Source: Phoronis australis
Taxonomy: Eukaryota > Animalia > Phoronida
Assembly (NCBI GenBank): GCA_002633005.1
Contig: NMRA01000035.1
Coordinates: 1,331,059-1,395,058, forward strand
Reading direction: 5' to 3'
DNA length: 64,000 nucleotides
Positions 26,178 through 38,860 of the stretch are shown here, piece after piece (within the stretch, counting starts at the first letter, position 1; each line of letters begins with the position of its first letter). Made by a program: the position numbers and the translations under genes. The notes under the pieces were generated by a model. The model had not been told where the DNA came from. It saw nothing but the letters and a program-made list of their open reading frames with translations, and searched no databases.

Positions 26178-27494
26178 GTAAGAAATGCCATTTATCAAAT
26201 CAAGTACTAAACACTAAAATCGAGGGTCACGTTGCCCATTCAAACAGATCACTAAACTTACAGTGCACAGTTATCGCTGAATTCTTGAAATCCTTTATCA
26301 AAACATTTTCCAAAACGCATGTCATAAAATATCATACTCAATAGGTCATAGCCAACAGATTGTGTTTGTGGTAACACTACGCCCACAAGCACACCCGTTT
26401 TGATCATTTGTTTATCCAGTTGCGCAATATTACAGTTATAATGTTCATGGTCTTGAGCTTCTGAGGCAAGTGCAGTTTCTCTAATCCTTACTGGGGCCTC
26501 GTATTATTAATAATGTTTTGTCTGAAACTAATATCGTTGTATTTTTGTTTATTGGAAATCAACTCGATTTGACTTGACTGACTTAAGCTAATTGCAAGCT
26601 GAGCTCTCGATCACAACTCCCGAAAATAGTACCAATCCAGATTTTCAAAAATCACTTTTTATCATTTTATTATCGTCCTTGAAAAGGAGCACACGAACAT
26701 TTGAAGACCCAGAACAAATACGGCGATTTTCTTAAAACCATATACTATCACATGTATGGTACTTTAACTGATGCACGGGTTGTTGTTTTTTTTTTTCTTC
26801 GTCATTCACGTTTTGAATGTCATCGTTTCTATCAAGCCAGGACAAGCTGTTCACTAAAGCGACTATGCATTCACGTTCCATCGCAGAAAGCAACTTATGA
26901 TTTAGACCCTTACGGCTATGAAACTAGTCTATTTTTTTCCTTACTTAAAATAATGAGAAGTGCAAAGAACTCGCAATTCGTTATTGCTCGGCAAATAAAA
27001 TGAGACGCCGTGACAAGTCATCTTGTAGAGCCTGGTCTCAAGATAACAACGAACTGTCAGTTATTTCCAAGCCATAAAATCACGTCAGTTTTGACTGAGG
27101 GACAATTTAGGACCGATTTCACAACGGTAAAAAGTTCTAAATCAAACGCTTTTGTGACGGAAAGTGGGTTTATGGCAGCTACAAAAAAATGAAACGTACA
27201 ATCAGGATAATAAAAATACTGCTTGTGGTTTGCATTATTTTCGCGGGAGCTTCTGCCTGTTCAGAAGTGAAGAAAAAAGAACATTTCATGGTGGTGGTCA
27301 TCTCCATTAAAGGGATTTAATCGGTTTTACGGCTGGAAAACGCATTTCGGAGTTATTGTTGGCTGGGGTAGGCTTCTTGAAGTTATTAGCTTTGACCAGA
27401 GCTATAAAACGACAAATTTAAACCTGTGGTGTTATTCTCATCGTTGCCTGCCAGTCATTCGCTTAAGTCAAGGCCGGTGATTTCCCGAGATGCG

Positions 27495-27563
27495 CCTCAG
27501 AGGGGACTTGAACCTGCAAACCCCTGGTCGCAGGCTAACGCTCTTATGGTGGGGCTAAATCCC
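27495..27563 (-). mobile_element. tRNA-derived SINE head or tRNA pseudogene
   Basis: tagcc...agagcgttagcc...caggttcaagtcc; A/B-box-like spacing, cloverleaf broken. Confidence 0.5.
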
Positions 27564-29089
27564 GCTCGATAAATGCCAGTATTTAAACTGTAGTTAACTC
27601 CCAGTCTCAGGCCTTGAGTTCAGCGAATGTCTGCCAGATGACGGCAAGAATTGGCGATTTCAAATAAAATGACAAAAAGAGCCGACTTTTGTAGCCTTGA
27701 ACAAAGCTAATAATTTCAAGGCGTTTTCCCCATCCAGCAATAACCCCACGTTGAGTTTTTCAGCCGTAAAACCGATATTGTCCCAGTAAATGCCATATAT
27801 TCTGCCGATTTTAGCTCAGCCAGCAATGCGTTGAACCGTGGCCGCTGAGGTAGTAAGTCCAATTCTGCGTCGGGGCTAATCTTAGAAAACCACTTTCTCG
27901 CTGATAATTTCAATAATAAACTTTTTTGTGTTCAATTAGTTATTTCCGCAAATAGGTCTTTGACTCCGAATGGAAAAACAGCTTCACAAAACAGCCACTG
28001 CCGATACATGAAGATTCTACGAGTTCATTTCCAACACTGCTGCGTATATCAGAAAACTTAAAATAGCGGTTTGAAATTAACAGTGTGAAAAAAAAATAGT
28101 ACCAGTGAAAACAAGGAATCGATACACATGTTTTTTTATCCGTTAACGAACTTCACTGCTTTACGAAAGCGCTATCATCACTTACACATCACATTTACTC
28201 CCTTTCACACTCTCAAGTTTACTGAGCGCAGAGCTCACTTATCAGGGTAACGTGGGGTTACGATAGTTACAGGGGTTGTGAAACAGACAATTCTAGCGGC
28301 GTTTGCATACATTTAAACGTAGTTTGAATTCGAGGTCATTTTTGCGAAATATCTCGAAGGCATAGGCAATTTTTATTATTTGCTATCATATATGTCGACA
28401 CTGTTGAGGAGACTGGACTGCAGTGGAGTATTGACTATTCCTTGTTCTTAATTTGAAGTTTTTATTCTCCAATACTCGACCGAAAACGAGAAGCGAGTAA
28501 CTAGTTTCGAAAAAAAAAAAATTCGTTTTTAAGTGACATATCCAACAGCGATAAAACAAAGGTTTTGATGACATTCGAGAGCAATTGTCTGATAAATGCA
28601 GACCTTGCTTGTGGTAATGGGATTATGAAGGCCGCTTTGATATACTCCAGAACGCGACGGGTTGGTAGCATGGTGAGACGCAAACTGAGGATTTTTGAAA
28701 TCTGGAAGAAAGAAGCATTACTGTGCATACAAAAGTACAATTAGATTGATTGTCTCTGACTACAGGAACGAATATTATGTGAGATACCGGATTTTACGAA
28801 TCAGTGTAGGCCTAGTACACTAGCTGCGATAAACTAGAAGAAAATGTTAGGCAAAGCACTATTGTCAAGAATAAGAAAAACAACGGACAGTATCAGTTCT
28901 CAGTAGCGTTCCGTACCAAGTTTCTTGCGAGTAAAGCAAGATGTCATCTTGCTTATTTTAGGTTCGACGTTCAGGGGCACTCTCGTCGAGATAAGTATTT
29001 TTACACACAATAGCAGCAGCGCGGAATCGAACTCAGGACGAGGCCTCACGGTAGGGGTCACCGTGGCTCCCGCGTAAAGCAAATTATAC

Positions 29090-31116
29090 TTAAAGAGGCA
29101 TGGAACGCCAAAGTTCGTCAAAAACATCTTTTAAACAATTCCTGAGGAAAGTGCCATCTCGCAACATCTAGTACAGAGTAATACACTTTCCCTGTGATGA
29201 AATTTCACGAAAAAAATTCACGATTTTTGAAATACGCGCGAAGGAAAAACTCTGTGGTTACCACAAAATTCCTAACCCCCCTCCCACTTATGATAAATGT
29301 GCACAAGTGCTCACAGTCAGTTGCTTGAAGTAGCTTGAGATAAAAGGTCATATTTTCCTATGTCCTGCCATACCAAATACGGAAACGTCCTTTGCATTGT
29401 GGGAGAAAAAATCTACGAAGTGGAGAACAGTTGACAGATCGTTTTTTGAAATTTGAAACTAAAGAAAATGCTTTGATTACAACAGAAATTAAAAATATTT
29501 ACGAACCAACCCTGTTGAGCACGTTGAATTCTGTTTCAGTGGCAGAGAATTTCTTTCAACATTGCAATTTAATCTATTTATCGCGTTCCAGGCCTATTTA
29601 AACACCATTGACGTAATATCTGGTAAGCAGGATCGAAAAAGAACAGTTCTTCTTGTATTACATTTGGTTAAATGTCATCTGTACTGTCGAAGGCGCAAGC
29701 ACATACAGCTACTAGTAGGTTTGGAATTGCTAAAAAAAACACTTTAGGTTATATAGGACCCTAGAAAAGTGTTTAAGATTGGCCAACTTCGGAACACCAT
29801 GTCCAGGAAATAATCCATTTCGCATAAGCGGCTATAAAGATAGGGCTTCTATGATTTTTGTGAAACGAAAACAACATGATGATTTAGAAAACTGTAACAA
29901 CGTTTTTGAGGTTTTATCTTGAACATTTATCTCAAATGAAATTTGCTCGTGTTCTTGATACTGTTGTTTTCTTAGGAATGTACCTTTCTTTTCGTTAAAT
30001 TTGACTAAAAACACATGGTTACATGACCCTGTGAATGGCCTATCGGTAAAAAATCAAAAGGCAAATTCTACGGGCTTTCAACTTTCACATATGTATACCT
30101 TTACCACAGTTATGAAGATGTCTGGTAGACAGACATCCAGACTTGTCCACAAGGTCCTACACATAAGCCTAACTTCTTAAATATCGACTAGTTCAGTTTC
30201 ACAAAAATTGTGAATTGACAAGTTTTGGTAACATACGAACGTGTTTGTTTTATTCCACATCTATGAAAGTGACGTGGGAAGAGAAATACGCTACTAGTAA
30301 TGCCAAAAACTGTACTCTCACCCCAAATGACAACAACGTAAAGAGGCCTGGGCAGCGAAAAAACAGACTAAATTGCATCATTCAAAGTTGTTCTCAGCCA
30401 CTGAAACAGAATTCTACCTGCTCGCCAAGTATTTTTACGTTTTGTTCGTAAAAGTGTTGAAGTTCAGTTGACGTCAAAGCGTTTTTTTTTTAGTTTCAAA
30501 TTTCAAAAGAAAAACAACCTGTCAACTGATCGCCACTTTGTCGATATTCCTCCCGCAAGGCAAAGCACGTCTCCTTATTTGGTATGGCAAGACATAGACT
30601 AATACATTTCCCTTATATGGAAAATGTGACCTTTGACCTGACGTAAAAAAACAATGGTAACTTCAAATAGTAGACAGTCCGATTACGAAGCAATTGACGT
30701 AACTCCTAACTGTTTAAAATTAGTTAGCAAGGTATCCTAGTATTGAATAATATTCTAAAATGCACTTGGAATTCTTTTTGGGAAATCGTTTGCTTCACTG
30801 GCTTGTCTCACACTGTGTCGTCGACCTCAGATTCGGAGAGTTACCACACATGACAATCGGCCGTTAATATTGATCTTGTCAGTCATCTGTTTGTCGAATG
30901 ACTGTGAGCGCATGCGGCAGGGAGATTAGAAACTCTGTGGTGGCTATAGAGTTTTTCCTTATTGTGTATTTCAAAAATCGTGAATTTTGTGTTTTTTCTG
31001 AACATTTCCACGCAGGGGCAAGTGAATAACTCTGTATAAGACGTTGCGAGATGGTACTTTCGTCGGGAATTGTGTAAAGATACTTTAACGAGCTTTCACG
31101 CTGCATGCCTCATTAA
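29090..31116. mobile_element. About 2-kb non-autonomous DNA transposon-like element with about 500-bp imperfect inverted arms and TTAA at both ends
   Basis: 29090-29580 matches the reverse complement of 30360-30640 plus 30900-31116; ends ttaa-agaggcatg / catgcctca-ttaa; no ORF inside. Confidence 0.75.
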
Positions 31117-32428
31117 GAACAAGATTTAAATTCATAAAGGGTGCCTCTCTATCGCAGCTGGACTTACGGTATTGATTTTTTGTCAAATGGCAATAAAACA
31201 AGAGGTTCCTTCAAACTGGCGTGCAATCACTTTATTACAAGTTATAAATTACTGTAGACCTGTCTTTCTGAGAGACTGCAAAGTGACAGATTTGTCAAGA
31301 TTTTTTCGCTGGAAGACTTGTTGGAGAAAACAAGGCATATTTATTTTAAAAAAAAACCTTTCCTGTGCTTCTGATGTTAGTCAATATAGAGCCTCACAGT
31401 CTTTCTCCTTGAAATTTATTTAAAAAGATTTTACGCTTTTAATTTTGGGTCAATTACATGATGGGTGAGAATTTCAAATTTTGACTCACATACATGTGCT
31501 GTCCAAAATCTGCCCATTTTTTGTCTACGGTCTCACGAGTTTGTTGGAGAAGCAACATCTCCGGATCTAGAAGGTGCTCTCACACATCAAGTGACAAAAA
31601 CTGAGTTGTTTAACTGAGTTAGGAACAAGATTACAGGTATAAATCCATCAAAAAGTGATAAAAAGGATTTCACTTAATTTCGGCAGTCTTTAAACCAGAA
31701 TGCATTGTAATTTTTGTAGGGAAGAAGGTGTGTTGTCTCCGTACTTCTTTGACGTTGAGTTTCCAAAAGCACTACAACGTTAATACACAAGTCTACAGTT
31801 TCGCCCATCATCTTGAGCATTCAAATTTGGTAGAGTAAACAAAGCAATTCACTTGTGTTTAACATTAAACCAATACTTTTCGAAAGATTTCGATTGCATT
31901 GTCAATGGTTTGCAGTAAAGTCATTCTCAACATATTCAGGATTGCCACAAACTCGGCTTAATTTCTTCCTGAGAGCTTCCTATTGTCGCACTGTATAATG
32001 CAGATGTTGTTGGTAAAAATACAGTAATTTTCAAGGTCGGTCGCGTTTTCACGAAGTGCACACAGGGTCAGCATAATACTGTTAGTCAGTACTGTATGTA
32101 AGGTGAAAACATTTTGGAATATTGTAGGAAACACATTATTGATTAGAAGAGCAAAATCCGTAGTATTTTGTGTTGTTGTTAGACATCGCCGAACCCTGCC
32201 GTAGATTTCCAGTCATTCTCGGGTAGAATTAATGGAATTCAAGGGTCTGTCACATGAAAGGTGACTTAAAATAATAATGCAGTTGGTCTGATACACGTTG
32301 TACCAGACGTGCACAGGCCGTACATGTGGGTGCATTGCACTGATCACCTGGAATCAATTTCATGCTTTATTAATATGTGGTTAAAACCGAGCTGAGGGGC
32401 TAGAAACCTGACTCAAGGGTTTATCAGT

Positions 32429-32504
32429 GTGACCCACTGGGACTCGAACCCACGACCTCGAGTAAAGAAAGCGGACACCTATCACACTAGGCCACACTGC
32501 CTCC
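32429..32504 (-). mobile_element. tRNA-derived SINE head
   Basis: A box TGGCCTAGTG and B box GGTTCGAGTCC; no proper acceptor stem; a decayed relative lies at 45201-45270. Confidence 0.7.
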
Positions 32505-33556
32505 TTCGAAAGGTGACTTAGGGGCACACTACAATTACTACAGGGTTTTGGCTGCCGACACACACCCAAGTAGAGACGAGTCCTTATCTCACGTCCTTAT
32601 TGAGAGTCTGAAAAAAGTTTTTTGGGGTTTCCAACTCAAAAGCACTACTCATGATAACTGAAACTTAATTCTGCTACAGATTTTTAATCGGCTAATTTAC
32701 ATCGGGAAAATACCGGCCACTAGAAAATGCCCTGTGGCTACAGCCTAACTTAACTATAGAGTGCCACCTTAAGACTTAAGTAAAAAATTTGGCTTAACGC
32801 TCCATACAACTATTTCTGAAAAATAATTATATTTCACTTGAGCAATTGTGTAATGTCTCGGAGAACACTCGTATAAATGCTAGTTAGTGAGACAATATCT
32901 ATAATTATTTCTAGAGAGTGACGTGCTAACAATAACTTGGTTCAAACTTTATTAAGCAATTGACCAACTTTCTCTCTTAAGTCTTACGTCACTTTTCCTG
33001 AACCAGACCCCTGGGTTTACACTCTCACACGTCAGTGGAGGCCGTTTTGCCAGGGTAAGGTCTCGAGCATCGTCGCGAAACATTCGCCTTTCATTCGATT
33101 GATTTTGAATGGTTTTGCAAGTCTCTTGCATCTAAGGGTCATGGGTCACTGTGACGCCGGTTCTGAGGGCAAACTGGCAGTAAAAACAGAAAGTCAATAG
33201 ATGGCGTTAGAATACGCCTGTTTGCAAAATGTGGAATAGGCTCGAATGTAGAAACTATGTTAATCGGTATTGTTTGAAAGCTATACATTTAGTGAATATT
33301 GCATTACTCTTGCTTAACCTCTCTTGTAACTTCCAGCGATGCACACATTGGCGTCAAATTACGTATTTTGATAATTAGGTCTCCTTCTGACACTTTTACT
33401 GAACATTTCAACCAGAAATGGAATGCTTAGGTATCAAGAGTGTTTTTCTTGCATATCGCTGGCAGTGGTTCACCTCTGTTTTGTGGCCTTTTACGTATCA
33501 CAAGACCTGTTTCTGTATCGTCTGAAACACAGTCTTCTAATAATTACAACGAATTC

Positions 33557-34619
33557 CGCTTTAGGCCACTTACCAACATGCCGTTAATGAAATTGGTCAA
33601 GGCGTGACATGAATTTCATGAGCTTGGCTTGACGAACGATGTGTTTCTCTCGAACTCAGATATTACTTCTAAACTGACCAAGGAACAAGACAAGACCAGT
33701 CTCCCGTTCAGTAGCGCTAGGACCTCGCTAAGAAGCAAGATTTCGCGAGATTACGTGAGATATTGCCGCGTATTTTAAATGAGAACACGTGACTTTGACT
33801 AGGTTTTAGCTAGGTCCTAGCGTAGGTCCTAGCGTCAACTAAACGCACGCCAGTTTTACACTTCAAATGCCCATAACAAAGATGCCACTGAACCGTCTAC
33901 CTCGCGTGCTATTTTTTTCAGCTACGGCAGACGGCCAATCTTTAGGGACCCCGTCTTTGATGAAACTTAATGCAGTGGCGGATTCTGGGGGGCCAAAGGG
34001 GCCATGACCCCCTAAAATTCTCCCAGATTCCATTGGGCAGTTCGGGAGTGCCAATGTCTGACGGGCAAAATCCTGGCTAATACTCTGNTCGCTTTAGGCC
34101 ACTTACCAACATGCCGTTAATGAAATTGGTCAAGGCGTGACATGAATTTCATGAGCTTGGCTTGACGAACGATGTGTTTCTCTCGAACTCAGATATTACT
34201 TCTAAACTGACCAAGGAACAAGACAAGACCAGCCTACCGTTCAGTAGCGCTAGGACCTCGCTAAGAAGCAAGATTTCGCGAGATTACGTGAGATATTGCC
34301 GTGTATTTTAAATGAGAACACGTGACTTTGACTAGGTTTTAGCTAGGTCCTAGCGTAGGTCCTAGCGTCAACTAAACGCACGCCAGTTTTACACTTCAAA
34401 TGCCCATAACAAAGATGCCACTGAACCGTCTACCTCGCGTGCTATTTTTTCAGCTACGGCAGACGGCCAATCTTTAGGGACCCCGTCTTTGATGAAACTT
34501 AATGCAGTGGCGGATTCTGGGGGGCCAAAGGGGCCATGACCCCCTAAAATTCTCCCAGATTCCATTGGGCAGTTCGGGAGTGCCAATGTCTGACGGGCAA
34601 AATCCTGGCTAATACTCTG
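33557..34619. repeat. Near-identical direct duplication (33557-34087 and 34089-34619) split by N at 34088
   Basis: Only a few substitutions or 1-nt indels between copies. Confidence 0.95.
33699..33851 (+). mobile_element. MITE family A (repeated at 34232-34383 in the duplicated block)
   Basis: Same TIR and core sequence. Confidence 0.85.
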
Positions 34620-34661
34620 CCCTGCCGCGCCCCCCCCCTCAAAATCCTGGATCCACCCTTG
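34505..34661. mobile_element. MITE family C with 5-bp TSD TAATG (truncated duplicate at 33973-34087)
   Basis: taatg|cagtggcggattc...ggatccacccttg|taatg. Confidence 0.8.
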
Positions 34662-37328
34662 TAATGGGCAGTTAAAGAGGCATTGCCGGCTTTACGGCAG
34701 AAAAACGCAAGTTGGGGCTTATTGTTAGATGGGATAGACTTCTTAGCTTAGTTATTAGCTTTGGCCAGTTGTTTTCCGGTGTCTTTGCTACTAAACACGC
34801 TTAAAATACATTGGATTTTACGGGTGCAAACTGTCTCAGCCATAGGAGTCTTCGGTTGTTTTTTTTACGAGCTCGTGGATTCGATCAATTGCCAATTTTT
34901 GTAAAATCACTTTTTTCGCCGAGAATGTCCCTATAGATGACGACTAGCAAGGGGCATTGGAACCTCCTTCTCGTGAGGTGAATAATTTGGTTGCTATGGC
35001 ACGTTAATGAACAGTAACATGATTCGATGGGCATCGGTTCTCTAACTAAAATCAGCGTCATCGTCGTCATCATTTGGATACACAACTTTTGTCGATAATC
35101 GCAATCAATGAATGTTATACAAAATCTGTGCTCACGGTGCCGTGTATATACACTGCATTGGCGATAAACCCCTAGGGTTCATCTCAAGGATAACGTTGAT
35201 GATGTCAAAAACACTCTTAAAGAATAGCACTAAGATAATCTGAAACTTTTTGTCCGCATGTTTAAAATCACGTAGCCGACTTGAACGGAAGACGAATTAT
35301 GGTTAAGAGGTTGAATACCTAAAGAGATGACACTTTGCCTACTTAAACCGCGCTGTAATATTATAACTAGATGCTGCAAATTAAACGAAAAGTTGTTTTG
35401 ATGCTTTTGCCCTTTCGATATGTGGTGTACGTCTACCATTCGTACAGGGTTGAGCGACAGAATCGCAGGATAATGCAAACACCACAAATTTTCGTGCTCA
35501 GAGTGCGACTCCCAGATATGAGGTGCCATATCAGCAATGCTTACATGTGGCTACCGGTTAAATCATATCGTATCACGACAATTTTATTCAGACCCTTTAT
35601 CAATCTCAATACCACATGCCAGCCTGCAGAAAAAACGGCACACCCCTCGGAATAACAACATGGATATGAGTGGGCCTACACTGTACACTAATGTACAGGT
35701 TTTTCGATTATCTACCAAAGATGATTTTCCGGAAACTTAAAATTTACTATTAGCTTAGTACCAAAAAGTTTAGCAAAGGGGCAAAGGGGTAATTGAGAAA
35801 AAGGGCACTGGTGGATTTTTTTAACGGCACATTGTCACATTTCAATGTACGCCGGGAGACTGAAAACATACACGATTGCATATACTTTGCGTATACAAAA
35901 AGAGACAAAAATTGACTGATATTTCAAGTCCGTTTTTCTACAATTAGTTTATATAACGTTAGATCTAAGACTTCGTTCATCAACTAACTAAAGTTGCATT
36001 TCACCCTCAGCTGGCTAAAAAAACAAAGGCCTTTTAGTCTCATAAAATGAGTCGCATAATATTCCTTACCCTGATAGGATTCTATTTCCGTTAACAACAG
36101 GTACTTCAAAACCCAAAAAAAACACTTCGCTTTTTGAAGTTGGCCAACCCTATAGGAAAATTGATAGTTCGAAAATGGCACATGGTACGCATTGTGGGCC
36201 AGTGACTCAAAGATCGATGAACGTGGCAATGTTTTTAAAACCCAAAGCACTTCGATTATGAATTCAATATTGACAGCTAAGTAGCATTGAAATATCCCTC
36301 TGATTTGGTTACTGAACTTCGCAAACCAATCTTTAATTTTTGGTTTCGATAATATCGCCTTCGCATGACGTACGAATAACAAGACCGGTATTACAGTTGA
36401 AATTTACGAGTGACATGACTACGATAACGTGTATCTTTTCGTGATATGAGCTCTGATCAAACAAACGAAGGTCTGTCAAAACACACAGAATAATCGCACA
36501 TGAATTATGCATTCTCTGCTGTAGGATGCCTGGCGTAGACGATCATAGGTGACGTAGATGTTTTATAACGGAATTATGAACTTGAAACCACCTGCACGGA
36601 TTTGGGTTGAGCGTTGATGGAATTTGTTGTTGCGACCATTATTTGAATTACAACCTAAAGACTGAAACATTTGTGAAATGAGGAAGACGAAGACGTTTCT
36701 TGTAAGTACCTTCGGCGCACCAATGGTTCCAGGCAGTGTTTGTGTGTTCAATAGCGTCAAGCGCGCTCCTATCGACGTGTGCTAATGGATGTGGCCAATA
36801 TTGCTGACCGAAGACTCGTATCAGTTTAAGAAGATTGAGTGGATGTCTCAAAGCATAAAGGATGCAAATCAATATCTATAACGAGGACAACAAGCAATCA
36901 ATGCAGACCTGTCTCCGTCCAATCACTCAGAAATAAAAACTACGTTCGGGGCGGATCAGTTTGTGATTATTCACGTAAGTCGACTATTTGAACTTAATAA
37001 AAATTCTTAAAAAGACCGGTGCTCTGAACAAGTATGTTTTTATAAGTCAGAGTTCCCACGATAGTGAATGGAGAAACACCGGAAGAATATTAATTCGACC
37101 CAGGGCCCTTGACAACGACCTGTCATGGGTCATAAAGACTAATCTGTTGTGGAACGAACGGGTTGAGAGGTCTGCGCTTAATGATACTTTAATATTGTTT
37201 TATCGATAACCGGTCGGACATTTAAAATCTTCACATTCACAAGTTTTTTTCATTGCGGACTGTGAATAATTTCACATTGGTCCCAGGTTGAGGACTATTT
37301 CTTCAAGCAGTGCGGTCGAGACTATAAC

Positions 37329-37375
37329 TCTGATTGGACATTTACCGTTCAGCGCTTGATGTTACGTCAATCAGA
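37329..37375 (+). promoter_or_regulatory. Candidate promoter of the 303-aa ORF
   Basis: Inverted CCAAT (ctgattgg) and CRE-like TTACGTCA in a CpG-richer patch about 600 nt upstream of the ATG; motifs only. Confidence 0.3.
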
Positions 37376-37948
37376 TTTCGTCTAGCGGAGTACACTCAGG
37401 AGCTGTGTCGCCGTCTCGGAGTTCACGAAAGTTTGACGGTTGTGCTGTGCGAGTCCTTCCAGTGGACTGGAGTGATCATCACCAATTGACAAAACTGCTT
37501 CGACAGATGAGAGGTCCTCAATATAATGAAGAGTTTGCGTAAAAAAATAAACATTGTGTGATCCACTGTGTTGGGCTCTTAATGCAGGCTTTGTTTGTTG
37601 TTTACACGGTGATAAAAACAACAAACTCAGAAGCACTTTGCGCTACAGATCAGACTATCAGCGTATCGTACCAGTTAGCCTACAAAAGAATGGAGTAAAG
37701 TGTAGCAAAGAAGAAATTGTGACCTTTTCAAAATGTTGACGTGGACACGCGGGGAAAAGGTGATCTATAATCATTCATAACTCGCTATTGCAATTAATTT
37801 CTCTTTAATCTAGAATTGCAGTTATGCTCTCAAGAGGGAAATCGTTTCAGGTTCGAGTGTTGATTAGAACAAATTCCATGTGCGTTTCATTTGAGATGAA
37901 GTGATTACTGCCGATTCATGGAACGCAATCGGCTTACTGAACGCAGAA

Positions 37949-38860
37949 ATGTCGATTGCTGAGCTGGCGAAAGTTAATTCACATGAAACGATGGAAAATG
38001 CTACAGAAAGAAATAGAGACGTCGATAGGATCTGCCACTACTACCGATCCTCCATTGCAATGTCAAGTGGGAAAAATGTCGCAATTTTGAATGAAATGGG
38101 AACGAAACGAAGATCTGCAAAGTCCATAGTGAAGAGAAAGCAGGAACAAAAAACTCTGACCAAATTACCAGAAATTGACTGTAGTCAGCACGCGTCTTTC
38201 AACTGGGATGCTTTTAATGGGAAAAGCCCGAGAAAGAAATATTTAGACGCGTTGGACGGTATAAAACACATGAAACCGCCCACGGATTATCTATGGACTC
38301 AACAGAAGAGCCAATACACAGGCAAAAATATTTCTTCAAACCTACTCTTAACTCCGTTTGGAGTAAAAACGTCGAAAGTAAAAAATGCACACGATGACCA
38401 AACGTTATATGATCTGGTCAGTAAAAGCAGTCGCCAAGCAAGAGAAAATCTCCCCAGTCAGAGTCCTGGAATCATGCAGACGGAGTTTAACTGTGTGCGA
38501 AATCCTCTCGCTAAGTTTGAGGACACAAGAGTGAAAAAGGCTAAAAAGAAAAAAGTGGAGTTCGCAAATGCTGCAGAGCCAATAATCTTAGGATTGCCAA
38601 GTAAGAACAAGTCTAACCGAAAAGCGCTTAAATGCGATTGTTATCTACCTCAGCCAAGGAAATCAATTCTTAAAAATGCATTTGACGATTCGATTGGATC
38701 GCCCGGTTTTCATTTGCCTAGTCTTTCTAAGACTCCAAGTGCCTCGAGAAATGGATCGAGGAAAAAAAGCAGAACAAAACATTCGTTGACATTCAGTTGT
38801 AGCAGTGAGTTTGCGGCAGCCTATTTAGACGATGAAGATTTATTCAAGGAGGAAATGTGA
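37949..38860 (+). CDS. Uncharacterised intronless 303-aa basic, probably disordered protein with RVxF-like (KKKVEF) and SILK motifs
   Basis: 960-nt stop-free frame in AT-rich DNA, by far the longest in the window. First ATG at 37949; acceptor-like ttttctctttaatctag near 37813; no transposon motifs recognised. Confidence 0.7.
   Translation: MSIAELAKVNSHETMENATERNRDVDRICHYYRSSIAMSSGKNVAILNEMGTKRRSAKSIVKRKQEQKTLTKLPEIDCSQHASFNWDAFNGKSPRKKYLDALDGIKHMKPPTDYLWTQQKSQYTGKNISSNLLLTPFGVKTSKVKNAHDDQTLYDLVSKSSRQARENLPSQSPGIMQTEFNCVRNPLAKFEDTRVKKAKKKKVEFANAAEPIILGLPSKNKSNRKALKCDCYLPQPRKSILKNAFDDSIGSPGFHLPSLSKTPSASRNGSRKKSRTKHSLTFSCSSEFAAAYLDDEDLFKEEM

Noticed and set aside
25977-26198. Poly-Val hydrophobic ORF
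   Set aside because: Translation of the (GAC)n microsatellite with a non-ATG start.
32429-32504. Functional tRNA gene (also 27495-27563 and 49368-49424)
   Set aside because: A and B boxes are present but the acceptor and anticodon stems do not pair; better explained as SINE heads.
33863-34586. Duplicated 63-65 aa ORFs as tandem genes (also 60223/62244 and 56996/58533)
   Set aside because: They lie in MITEs or N-flanked duplicated blocks and differ by frameshifts.
37901-37948. GTG-initiated N-terminal 16 aa of the 319-aa ORF call
   Set aside because: Eukaryotic context; first ATG at 37949 taken as the start.
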